DNA of 63,878 nt from Sphaerodactylus townsendi (Eukaryota): assembly GCF_021028975.2 (NCBI RefSeq), contig NC_059439.1:34348001-34411878 (forward strand), written 5' to 3'. The position numbers and the translations under genes were made by a program. Shown here one piece after another: positions 45,347-57,555 of this stretch. The notes under the pieces were generated by a model. It was not told the origin of the DNA. It worked only from the letters and a program-made list of their open reading frames with translations, and ran no database searches. Each line of letters begins with the position of its first letter. Within the stretch, counting starts at the first letter, position 1.

Positions 45347-46820
45347 TTTCCTTCCCTAATGGGAGCCTGCCACCGTTTTCAAAATTGTCCTCCCTTCTTG
45401 CATTTTATCATTATGGAAAAGCTCTGGAGGACCGGGACAATATGTGTAGTGTGCTGTTGTAACCAAGCACATAATGAATACCAATGCTATTAATGTCATG
45501 TTCTGAACATGTTGCACTGTGATACACAATATTACTCTCATTGCAGGTTTATGACACAAATGTACCAGCATATCCTTGCTTTTATATTTGCAATCAAAGA
45601 AATCAATGAAAATCCCCAGCTTTTACCCAACGTCACCCTGGGCCTCCAGATTTATAATAACTATTTCAGTCCAATGCAGACCATGCATGCCTCAATGAAA
45701 GCTCTTTCCACACACCTCCAATTCATCCCTAACTATAAATGTGACGTTCAGGACAATCCAGTGGCTGTGATTGGAGGACCCAACTCGAATATTTACTCAC
45801 ATGTTACCAATACCACATTCCATGCAGGCATCACATACAGAACCAAAAGTTCCCTCAGCTTTAAGGTATGCTTCTTGAGGTCCGATGGTTGAAAATTGTG
45901 TGGTTTAAATGTAGGGGGATGCTTCAATGCTTCTTAACAGTCAGTCAAGTGAAGAAGCATCATTCTGTCGGCTTATTCAGAGATTTGATTGAAAAATAAC
46001 TCATGTGAATTCCTTTACTCATGTACAGGCAACCCATATGAGATTGAATAGCATTCAATTTCTATGTTCTCCTGCTACTTTAACGAGTGGTTTCACGTTC
46101 CTGGAAACTTTGCAAGTACATCAAAACCAAGCAATATTATTCCTGTATTCTATACCTTTTCAGTCTATGACTGTACCACATGAAATGGGCATTTGCGTGT
46201 TCAAATAATTATATAGATTTTTTAACAAATTAAAAATCTCTTGAAAGATGGACATGATTGTGTTGGACTTTCTAGGCTGCATCCTTATATTTCTAGCATC
46301 TTAGTTTTAGAATCATTATTTAAAAACCTTTAGAAGGTCTCGGACAGTTTTTTTCACTCCATTTCAACCCAATTCTCCTCCTTCCTATAGTGTCTGTCCA
46401 ACATGGCTGTTGTCTAAATTGTTCCTATGATCCCCAGCATATCTCTAAGAGACCACTCTTCCCATTTTAATTCACAGACAAGTTGGTTGGACTCAACCTT
46501 AGCTTCTAGGCAACACTTAGGATCTAATCCAGGGTCATCTTGCCTCTAATTGACTCTTTGACAATTCAGGCATAGTCTTTTGTCATGGGTGACATTTGTC
46601 ATGAGCTGACATTTGCCAGATTTGGGTGAAAGTAGTTGAAGTCCACATCATTACAGCATTCGGTTGGATCAAAACAGACCCTCTGCTTGAAAAAGAGAGA
46701 TGAAGGTGTCCCTTTTTATTGACAAAAAGACCTTGCTGGGGATCATGGGAACTTCATGGGTAGAAGCTATATGGAATGGGGGAAATTTGGGTGTGACTGT
46801 AAAATTGGGTGTGACTGTAA

Positions 46821-46961
46821 GGCCCCTTCCACACACGCCAAATAATGCATTTTCAAACCACTTTCACAACTGTTTGCAAGGGGATTTTGCCGTTCCGCAC
46901 AGCTTCAAAGAGCCCTGAAAGCAGTTTGAAAGTGCATTATTCTGCATGTGTGGAATGAGCC
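46821..46961. mobile_element. 141-bp family MITE
   Basis: Sits within a 3x aaattgggtgtgactgta short repeat. Confidence 0.85.
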
Positions 46962-48186
46962 AGAAATTGGGTGTGACTGTAAAAAACGCAGTCGGCATCC
47001 AACCCATCGACTGCTCTTTTAACCTCCTCTCAGATTTCTCCCTCCACTTTTAGATCACCCTGGGTGATGATGAGGCATCCAACGCACCTTTCCAAACTCC
47101 CGTCAAATCGAGAAACAGCATATTGTGAGAGACAGAATTTTGGCCACGGAGTTGAAGTGCCTTCCCTACGAGGCATGCAAAAACCACACTGCGGCGGGGG
47201 GGGGGGGTCAGTTCACTGATTCTGCTGTTCTGTACACACCGATTCTCCACGTGGAGCAGCCAAATCAAAGGAACAGCTCCCAACCAATGTGGGTTTTCTG
47301 CAAGACAGTCTTTGGGTGGGCAGAGACCCTTCTTCTCCCTGCAACACCATTCCAGATTTGTTTGGGATTTCCTTTTTCTCTTTTAAAAAATAAGCTGTCC
47401 TTTGAAGCAGCTTTGTCCCTGTGACGGGCAGGAGTAGAGTCTGAGAAACCCAGAACCATGCATTGTTTAGTTTGCTGCACAGTTGTGAAATGTTTTAAAG
47501 AGCAGAAGGAGTGTAAGTTGGTTGTATTATATGTCCCACTCTCGTTGTCTTCTGGCTCTTATTCAGTGGGGTTATTTACAGGAATCAGAAAAAAAGATTG
47601 CCCCTAAACGCTCATTGAATTCTTCAAGTAAAATCTTCCCAAGCTCAGCTGCACTGCAATTTTGTAAATATATACCGCGTTTCTCCTAAAATAAGACAGT
47701 GTCTTATATTAATTTTTGCTTCCAAAGATGCACTTTGTCTTATTTTCAGGGGATGTCTTATTTTTCTGTGTTCTGTTTGTCAGGCATGCTTCCAAACCAA
47801 AACTTTGCTACGTCTTACTCTCTTTCGGGGATGCCTATATTTCTCGTGACTTCAGCAAAAAAAAAACCCTACTACGCCTCTTATTTTTTTCTAGGGATGG
47901 CTTTATATTCGTGGAAATCCGTAGCTATATTGTAACGATGCTGGATTGTGGATCTGCAAGTGTATTGGAAGCATTGGCTAACATTTTGTGCTCTGTCATG
48001 AGCAAACTGTCATAACTGTACTGGAGATTGTATTTATTACACTGGTGTTGCCATTGTTGCTGTTATATTGCTGTTGTTGTTTTAATTATGCCATTAAAGG
48101 TTTATATATATATAATATATAGCTAGCTATATATACAGTTTTTGAAAATGTCTCTTTTTTCACCTCATTTTTCATCCTACATATAG

Positions 48187-49062
48187 ATAATTTATGGCCC
48201 TGCTCCAGACGAGAATAACAAAATTCAAGATGTTTTCGTCCACTGGATGTTCCCAAATGGGGCTCATCAGTCCCGTGGTGTTCTCCAGTTATTGCTGCAT
48301 TTCAGGTGGACATGGATTGGAGTGATTTATGTCGATGTGGACATTGACCAGACATTCATACGCAACGTGCTTCCCATGTTTTCCCGGAACGGTATCTGCT
48401 TTGATTTTATAGAAAAATTTACAAAAATAGAATTTTCGGCTGAGGTCGAAACATTTGTAGAAGAGGAAACCAAGCTATGCCAAACTGTCATGGGAAGCTC
48501 GGCCACTGTTGTGGTTTTGCACGGTGAATTTCAGGCCACCATTATGTTGAGAAATTTGCCCATTATGCAGAATTTGGAGGAGTCGTTCGTGAAGACCAAA
48601 GGGAAAGTCTGGATCATGATCGCCCAGATGGATTCTTTTGCATCTGATTACTACCAAAGATATTGGGATCTAGACTTCATCCATGTGGCTCTGTCCTTGG
48701 CAGTTCACTCAAAGGACATGTTGGGATTCCAGAAATTTCTCCACCTCACACACTCTACCTCTGAAAAAGAAGATGGTTTCACCAGGAACTTCTGGGAAAA
48801 TGCATTTAACTGTTTGCTTCCTGGCAGAAAGGCTAAGGAAATCTGCAGCATGTTTGACAAGGATTTTGAGGAAACGTGCACTGGAGCAGAGAAGCTGGAG
48901 AATCTTCCTAGCACGATCTTGGAAAAGCACATGACTGCCCACAGCTACAGCATCTACAATGCAGTATATGCGGTGGCACATGCTGTGCATGCCCTCCGTT
49001 CATCTAAACCGAAGCACATATCTGTGAAGGATGGAGGGAAAAGGACACTTCTGAATTGGCAG
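48187..49062 (+). CDS. V2R gene E exon 3
   Basis: Open frame [11 protein letters not shown]...[15 protein letters not shown]; donor position inferred. Confidence 0.85.
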
Positions 49063-49353
49063 GTGTGGCAATTAAGCTTCAGATAATGTGGACTCTCTGT
49101 GTACTTCGGTGTGCCAACAGGTTCTAGGCTGTCTCAACTCACGCAAGAGATTGGGTGTCAAAGAGCTACTTCCGTGCAACAGTCTATCCACTGCAGTTCT
49201 CGCTCAGTTTAAGACCAGAGCAGACTTTAATTTTCCTTGTCAAGTCCAAATGTTATTATCCAATAGTATGGCCTCTCCCAGGAGGGAAGCGCAAGCCACC
49301 CCCTGTTCATCTTTTGCCTTGAAAACACTGCAACTGTGATTCGATTGACACAT

Positions 49354-49354
<1 letters not shown>

Positions 49355-49388
<34 letters not shown>

Positions 49389-49405
49389 CTCACTCTCACA
49401 CACAC
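49355..49405. repeat. (CA)n microsatellite
   Basis: Directly visible. Confidence 0.95.
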
Positions 49406-49629
49406 TTCTCACCAGCCCCATTGTTCACAGTGTGTGTTTTGTGAACAGTAGAGAAAGTTTTTTTTCAGCCACCAAAGCTATAGAAGGGATGCAACCATGG
49501 CTATTTTGTCTCATTCAAGCACTGATCCTGGATGTCTTCTTTGATTTGGGGCAAAAACAAGAATGGAGGGCAGATGACAGGACCGGGGGTGGGGTTAGGA
49601 ATCTAATTGCACAGAGCAAATGCGACTTC

Positions 49630-49712
49630 CTTGGTGGTCTCCCATCCAAGGAATAACCACGACTGACCCTGCTTAGCTTCTGAGATCCAACAAAATTAAG
49701 ATAGTCTGGGCC
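49630..49712 (-). repeat. 5S rRNA-derived SINE head, degenerate
   Basis: gatctcagaagctaagcagggtcag...ttggatgggagacc resembles the 5S internal promoter region. Confidence 0.55.
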
Positions 49713-52069
49713 AACAAGGTCAGATCTTATATCACAGTACAGATGATCTNNNNNNNNNNNNNNNNNNNNNNNNNNNNNNNNNNNNNNNNNNNNNNNNNNN
49801 NNNNNNNNNNNNNNNNNNNNNNNNNNNNNNNNNNNNNNNNNNNNNNNNNNNNNNNNNNNNNNNNNNNNNNNNNNNNNNNNNNNNNNNNNNNNNNNNNNNN
49901 NNNNNNNNNNNNNNNGCCCTATCCCTGAAGGGCTCAGGGCGGTGTACAGATAAAACATCAGCTAAAAACATACATATAATTAAAACAACAGTCATATCTT
50001 AAAGCATCTCGCCATGCATTTAAACCCCTCCTATCATAAATAATGGGTCCTGATGGTATTAGGACCCATGGGCATCTGAAAAGGAACAGTCTTTTCTTAC
50101 ATGTCCACCTTCCTCTTTGGGTGTCATATCGATTGGATGCTTGTTTTATTTATTTATATTTCTTAATTAAAATATTTATACCCCACCTTTTTGTAACGCG
50201 TCATGTGTGAAATGTCGAATGCAGTCACCTAAAGATGAATGTTTGGATGGTTTTAGTGAATATAACTGTTTGGTTTCCTCCACCACCGTTTAGCTCCCCC
50301 ATTTCCTGAGGAGCATCTCATTCAACAACACTGCTGGAGATACTATTTCTTTTGATCCAAATGGGGAGCTCAAAACCGGATTTGACATTGTAAACTGGGT
50401 GACATTTCCAAACCAGTCTTTTCTTCGAGTCCCAGTTGGGCAAGTGGACCCAGGTGCTCCTTCAGAAGAAACATTTGTCATTCATCAAGAGGTCATCCTT
50501 TGGCCCCGTAACTTCAACCAGGTAGGGGGCCGAACATATGTTAGATCCAGCCGGATGTTTTTCTAATGTTCAAAACTGGTTCTCTTTTTAGGCAGGGATA
50601 ATTTCCATGTGTGGAAAATTTAGATAAGGCACAGAATTATCTTCTATAGGCTATGTGATAGCTGTTGTGATGCAGTGATTAGAGTGTTGAATTTGGACCC
50701 GGGACGGCTGGGGCTGAATCTTTCACACACTCGTTGAAACCTGTCAAGTGATCTTGCGCCTGTCACAATCTCTCAGACTAAGTTATCTTCTCAAGTTTCT
50801 GTTGTGGGGGTGAAGTCCAGGAGTGGGAATGATGTGAAAAGCTACTTCAAGTGCCCCGGCAGGGAGATAAGCAGGGTATAAGAGCCAGTGTTGGTGTAGT
50901 GGTTAAGGGCAGGTGGATTCTAATCTGGAGAACTGGGTTCGATTCCCCACTCCTTCACCTGAGTGGCAGAGGCTAATCTGGTGAACCAGATGTGTATCCG
51001 CACTCCTCCATTTCTGCTGGGTGAAAGCTCAGTGGAAGCTGACTGAAGTCACCCCTGAGAATGTCCCCATCCCACCCCCTGATGTGCCAGCATGCTCTTT
51101 TATGCTATCATAGTTGCATGGCTGCAGGCTCTTCTGGGTCTGGGTTCTGCTGACCTGTGTAGCACCTCCTGCCAACGTCTTTGTCCTCTCTTCGCCAACA
51201 CAGGTGCCATTAACGCGAGTGGTGTGGAGAAACATGCCTTTGTGGTAAGATGTCTTGTGTTCCCTGCTGGGCAGAGGTTGAAACATATTTTTTTTTAAAT
51301 TTATGGACAGGTGCAGCCCATTTCTGAGTGTAATGAAGCATGTCATCCTGGTTATAGCAAAAGAAAGAAAGAGGGGGAGCCATTTTGCTGCTACGACTGC
51401 TTTCGTTGTCCAGAAGGGAAGATTTCAAATGAAAATGGTGAGAAACATAGTGTATAATGTGTTGGAATATTCAGCCTTGTTTGCATGCAGTGGTAGCAGA
51501 AGCAGCAGGGAATTCTGGGAAGCTGCACGAACATTCTAAAGGTGACAGTTAAAAACCGTTGGCAGTGTTCTGTTCCCTCACTGACTGACCGACTGAGTGA
51601 AAAGATGTTCTCTGTACTGGTGCAAACCAAATGCTATGTAAAAGTGCTCTGACAAAGATATTATATCACAACCAAACTGTAACAAACTATGAACCATGCA
51701 TGTAACTATATATTTGTGAAACTTTGTTAATGTGTATATACTGTATATGTTTTCTCTCTCAGTGAAGTAAAGTTCTCCTTATGCTTATGAACTTCTGAGG
51801 TAAAACAGCTGGTCTTTTGAGAGCTAACCACTCCTATTTAACGTGCCGCACAATCCACATTTCTGCTCGTTACTTTGCTTGACGGGTTTATATATTCTAA
51901 ATATACCCGTTTCCCTTCATAATATTAATCAAATATATTGACTGTCATACACTTGAGATTAGGATGTATATGCACTAATCCCCATGTAATGTTTCAAAAG
52001 TGTTTTTTCCCACATTTTAGGTAAATGTGATATAAGCATTGTGGATTGTGTACTTTTGTGTATATAATA

Positions 52070-52635
52070 TTTATTTGATTTATTTATTACCATATTTATA
52101 TACCACCCCATCCTCTGAGGGCTCTGGGCGGTGAACAACAAATTAATGTTACGTAAACAATAAATAATTAATATAATTAATAACATCATTAAAACATAAA
52201 ATTACAGCGTTCTACAAAAACCACTTGGCCTCCAGCATTAAAACTATCAATAAAAACCCTCCCGGAGAGGGGACGGCAGATCCAGGTGTCAGCTCCCAGA
52301 ATGTGCAAAAGGAGAGGCAAGAGGGCGCCACCATCAATGGCTGACCTCCCTAAAGCCCTCGGTGGAATAACTTCAGTCTTACAGGCTCCAGCGGAACTTC
52401 TCCAAGATCCCTCAAGAGGGCCCGGACAGTTGGAGGAGGTTCCATCAGGCAGCTGGGCTGTAAAAGCCCTGGCCCAGGGGGAGGCCAGCCGTATCATTGA
52501 GGGGTTGGGAACCATCAGTAAATTGGCCTCTGCTAATGCAGAGGCCGTGTAGGAACATATGGAGTAAAGCGGTCCCAAAGGTACGAGGGCCCCAGGCCGC
52601 GCAAAGCCTTAAAGGTTAATACCCATACCTTGTGG
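52070..52635 (-). mobile_element. L2-like LINE 3' end
   Basis: RARAF..WNLL motif and AAAT tail on the minus strand; absent in gene F. Confidence 0.65.
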
Positions 52636-52916
52636 ATATCTCACTGGATGGAACCAAACTAAGAATTACAGCTTGGCAAAATTGCCCAAGTGATTACTCC
52701 CAAGTTGAATTATCTCTTTCTTGATCAACTATGTTTGGGGTCAATACAATCTTGATCACAAGGATCCTTAAACATTGGATGATCTTGGCCAATCTTGTGG
52801 CAAATATCATGTCAGTAGGCACTTTCATCCAACACCTTGTCATATAAAGCAGTGATTGCTGAAATTGTCTGCATATAAGCCTACCAAGTACATATCGTCA
52901 ATATTTTATCTTCCAG

Positions 52917-53817
52917 ATCTCGCCGACTGTTTTCAATGTCCGGAAGATCATTACCCAAATGGCAAGCAGGACCTGTGCATTCCCAAAGTTATAACCTTTC
53001 TGTCTTTTGAAGAGCCCTTGGGGATTGCTGTGACCATTTTTTCTTTGTCCTTGTCTTCCATCACAGTTTTAGTGCTTGGAATATTCAGGAAATACCACCA
53101 CACACCCATCATCAAAGCCAATAATCGGACTCTCTCTTACACTCTTCTGATCGCTCTCCTCTTCTGCTTCCTTTGTGCTCTTCTGTTCATTGGCCAACCC
53201 ATGAAGGTGACGTGTCTTCTGCGACAAACAACATTTGTCACTGTCTTCTCGGTGGCTGTTTCTTGTATGTTGGCCAAAACCATCACTGTGGTTCTGGCAT
53301 TTCTGGCCACCAAGCCAGGATCCAGCATGAGGAAATGGGTGGGCAAAAAACTGACCACCTATCGCCCTTTGGTTGCTCCCTTATTCAAGTCATGCTTTGT
53401 AGCGTGTGGCTGGCCACATTTCCCCCATTCCCTGATCTTGACCTGCGTTCCGTAAGGGGAGAAATCCTAATGCAATGTAATGAAGGGTCGGTCTCTATGT
53501 TTTATTGTGTCCTGGGCTATATGAGCTTTTTGGCCATTGTCAGTTTTGTTGTGGCTTTCTTTGCCAGGAAGTTACCCGACTCTTTCCAGGAAACCAAGTC
53601 TATTACCTTCAGCATGCTGCTGTTTTGCACCGTCTGGTTGTCCTTTGTTCCCACCTACTTGAGCACAAAAGGCAAGTCAATGGTGGCTGTGGAGATCTTC
53701 TCCATCTTGGCATCTAGCACTGGAGTTCTGACATTGACTTTTACTCCCAAATGCTACATCACTCTGATGAGACCAGATTTGAACAAAAGGGAACAACTAA
53801 TCAAGAGTCAGAAATGA
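52917..53817 (+). pseudogene. V2R gene E exon 6 (frameshifted 7TM)
   Basis: 7TM split across ORFs 52856-53455 and 53173-53817. Confidence 0.85.
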
Positions 53818-54256
53818 GGGGGGAAAGGATGTATCTTCTGGGGTTAATTTTTGTGTGCATGTATGGTACTTTTTTTTGAGTGCTTTCTTTCTGTGACATT
53901 TTCTTTGTGGGGCATACTGTTCCTTTCAGCAGGGCTTCCAGCAGGATGCAGGTTTTGAAGCAATCTTTCCCGAGCCTGAGAAGGTTGACTGGAACTGGAA
54001 ACCATGAAAACCTAAATCAGCAACCTGTCTTTGTCAATACTGCCTGTTAGAAACTTAATCTGTTTTATGTTTGTTACTTCATCAGACCATTCGGTTGTTT
54101 CCAATAAATTATTCTTGTTCATTTCTTTGAAAACTGTTCAGAAGCTTCTGGTGCCTAATTATTTCCAAAGTCTGTGCCCCCCCCCCCATGTGGTATGAAG
54201 CTGGATGACCTGGATCACACAAAGTATTCTTCAAAATTATGTACATCATAACTTAC

Positions 54257-54383
54257 CCTTCTTATCTGAAATCTTCCCTTCTGGACATGGAAGGCAGTCA
54301 TGGCAACAAAATGGCTTCCCCTCCTTTCTTCTCCTACTATTACTGGGGTGACAGTTGTCGTTGCACTGAGAAAGAGGTTGTGT
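54257..54383 (-). pseudogene. Orphan V2R exon 5
   Basis: 127 bp TQPLSQCNDNCHPS...[18 protein letters not shown] with cag acceptor and GTAAGT donor; no partner exons seen. Confidence 0.87.
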
Positions 54384-54478
54384 CTGGACACAAACTAAAG
54401 AGGAGGGTGTTTTGAAACGCAGAAATCAGTGCTTCACAGCCTGAGAAGATGAAAAACTGGTGCAGGAACCAAAGCTAA

Positions 54479-54974
54479 GGCCGTTTCCGCACGGCCGCGG
54501 TGGGGGTTGGCTGGCGCATGACACCACTCCAACCTTCCGGACTGTTCGCATCTAATGGTCCCAATAAAACTACCAGGATGATGGCACCATGCTGTGCTGT
54601 CGCCCAATCGATTTGGCCTTCCTGCACCGCCCAACGCTACTACCAAGGCCAGGGGACGCCTCTGCCCTGTGCGCCCATTTGGAGTCGCAAGGTAGTATAT
54701 CCCCAGGCTCGCAATGCACCAGATGGTCGTGCGAGGGGATGGTAAGTCGACAAGGGGTGGGGAGGGATGGTTTCCAGCTAAGCCGTTGTTCACATCGGGT
54801 AGTGGGCAAGTAGCTACCATTTTTCCAAAACCTCGCCGGGAGGAGGGTGGAGAAATGGCTACTTCACGCCGCCAGCGACGGTCAAGAGCTGCAAAGAAGG
54901 CGCCCTGTGCTAACAGCCTCGACATCGCTTTTGCTGCCCCCAAAGCGCTGTAAAAGGCCCGTGCGGAAAGGGCC
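54479..54974. mobile_element. GC-rich non-autonomous Harbinger-like element
   Basis: TIR ggccgtttccgcacgg / ccgtgcggaaagggcc. Confidence 0.75.
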
Positions 54975-55034
54975 AGAGTCTTCTTAGATGTTTGCATGGC
55001 TTTGTGGCACTCTCCATCAAGTGAGACCTGGGGG

Positions 55035-55270
55035 CAGTGGTGGGATTCAAACATTTTAACAATCGGTTCCGATGGTGGTGGGATTCAAATAATGACTGTT
55101 AAAAAGTATTAAAAATATTTTAATATCACTTTTTTATTTTAAGTATTAAAATATTAATACTTAATACAAATATTTTAAGTATTAAAAATGATATTTTCCT
55201 CAGTTCTCTGAACTGAGATTTTAACAACAGGTTCTACAGAACCTTCGGAACCCCCTGAATCCCACCTCTG
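55035..55270. mobile_element. Short related hAT element
   Basis: cagtggtgggatt / aatcccacctctg; GACCTGGG on both sides. Confidence 0.75.
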
Positions 55271-55599
55271 GACCTGGGCCTGGTGGATTTGGCACAGTTC
55301 TGAAAGGCCTATATGACTGAGATGTTCCATCAGATTAACGGAGGGAGGATAATAATGCTTTCAAAGTAGATGGCCTGTTTACCCTACCTCCATTCCCATC
55401 TCCTGAGTAATTTCGAACATTAATTATTGAACATTAATTGCCTTGCATTAATACATAATGTATTAAATATTATTCATTAAGGCACTTGCATTGTTTCGCC
55501 ATCCTGGATGGCCAGGGTAAAGACATTTTTGCTTCATTTGCATAACCTCAGTGCCTCAACCCCTTCCTGATTATTGTTTTTATGGTTCTGTACAACTTT

Positions 55600-56398
55600 T
55601 ACCCTGTTTCTCCCAAAATAAGACAGGGTCTTATATTAACTTTTGCTCCAAAAGATGCATTCAGGATTATTTTCAGGGGTTGTCTTATATCATCATCATC
55701 AACCTTTTTATTGGCATAAGTTTAAAATACAACAGGGAGGTTGGGGAGGATCAAGTTAAAATGAGTAGGTTCGGACACTTCCAGCAGTTAAAACAATAAA
55801 TAAATAAATAAACTAAAATCTGTGGCGACCCACAGCCAGCCAGGAATTTGGCAACGTCTAGGGATCTCTGAGGAGACTGATCACAAAGCAGAAAGAAGGA
55901 TTTGACCTTGTCTGGTGAGTTGGCATAGTTCTCAGTGTATGGGTCTATATATTGTCTCTTCTAGATGAAGTATATGTCTGCAATCTAGAGGATGCCTCGA
56001 TTGTTTCAATGGCTTTTTGTGGCGGGACGCTCTTTGCTGGTATGGGATCTGGAGAAATCTGCCGCTCAGGACTGCTGAAGGTAGGGCCTCAGTGCCTCAA
56101 CCCCTTCCTGATTATTGTTTTTATGGTTCTGTACAACTTTTACCCTGTTTCTCCCAAAATAAGACAGGGTCTTATATTAACTTTTGCTCCAAAAGATGCA
56201 TTCAGGATTATTTTCAGGGGTTGTCTTATATTTTCCCATGATCTTGCTACTTCCACATGATCTCAGATCAGTCTGGCCGAATATGTAATTAGGGGCTTAT
56301 TTTTGAGTAGGGCTTTCTTTCGCCATCCTCCAAAAATCCCAAAAAATCATACTGGGGCTTAATTTCGGGGTAGGTCTTATTTTCAGGGAAACGGGGTA
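55600..56398. mobile_element. Tc1/mariner-like MITE interrupted by a LINE
   Basis: taccctgtttctcccaaaataagac / gtcttattttcagggaaacggggta; related copy at about 47673-47923. Confidence 0.65.
55691..56086 (-). mobile_element. RTE-X-like LINE 3' end with a 145-bp TSD
   Basis: (GAT)n tail and AATAAA on the minus strand; identical direct repeats 55546-55690 and 56087-56231. Confidence 0.75.
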
Positions 56399-57337
56399 GC
56401 TTTGTTTTTAGTGGTTATAATAATGTCTTTAATAGTGGTTTTATTATGGACATTTTAATCTGCTAGCCAGTTCACTGGATCTTGTGATGGAAGAAAAATG
56501 GAATATAAATTTTGTAAATACTAATAATATATAGCACTCAATGTATCAGTCTGTACTCCTCTGTAGACTTTCATTGCTTTGAACTAATTTAGGGGACTTT
56601 CGATTTCTACAGGCATTCATTTAGATACCAGTCTAAATTTCAATGAGCGGTTTTAATTTAGTCCACCAGAGCAAAATTAAGTGTATACTTCTGCACTTGA
56701 CAGTACGAACTGGAATATCTGCGACAATTAAAAAAAAATTTTCCCTTGAAAATTTAATTTTAATCAATTTTTTTGCAAATCTGGTCCAGAGGCTAAATTT
56801 TTAGTTGAGCTACATTTTAGGTGAGCTGTTCAGCCATCTCAAAAACATTTTTTTTCCTTTTGAATTTATGTTTTCTTTCTCAAAGGCTTATTTTTCAAGT
56901 CTCTATTTCTTGCTATAGTCCACTACAAACCCATGTGCTTCTAGCTCAAACCCTCTGGAGACTGAAGGAGACATTTCAGGCAATCCAGTAAACATTTTCT
57001 TCCGCTATGTCACCGAGTATCTAAGACTGAGTTAATGTGTTTAAGATAATCGTCTCTGCAATCAGCTAATTCACCATGATTGCAACAATTTCTTTGCACC
57101 CTTAGAGAGCTCTAGTGACCATCAGCAAAATTAGAAACCATGACTGAAGGATTATATTAATGTCCCCTTTCCCACTGAGGGAAGGATTTTCAAACAGACA
57201 GGCTTTCTGTTGGTTTGATGGTTTGTACATTTGTTCTGTACACTCGTATTGTGCAGACGCTGGATGTAATATGGTTCTCAAGGAATCTAATAGGTGAAAA
57301 GAGGCAAATCTGGGTCTAGTTTTTTCCCCCCAGAAAA

Positions 57338-57555
57338 ATGATAGAAATCTTAGTGTTGCTGTTAGCACTGCTGCCCCAAGCAGTGTGTAAAGTCCATCTT
57401 GTCCGGTGTCCCATTGGTGGTCCCCGTCCTATTTGTCACAAGTACTATGACTCCGGAGACTTCACCATCACTGGCATTATTTCACAGTTCTCTGTTATTT
57501 TCAGCCCAATAACCTTTCAAAACAATCCTTCCCACCAACCTGTTCATGGCTCTAC
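57338..57555 (+). CDS. V2R gene F exon 1
   Basis: Signal peptide, [10 protein letters not shown]|GTAAG donor. Confidence 0.9.

Larger units (their letters stand above)
45547..53817 (+). pseudogene. V2R gene E, disrupted as assembled (exon 1 lost in the gap)
   Basis: Exon 2 from 45547 has a scrambled 3' end and no donor. Exon 3 48187-49062, exon 4 50294-50521, exon 5 51311-51437. Exon 6 52917-53817 has a net -1 frameshift near 53360 relative to gene F. Some lesions may be sequence errors. Confidence 0.75.
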
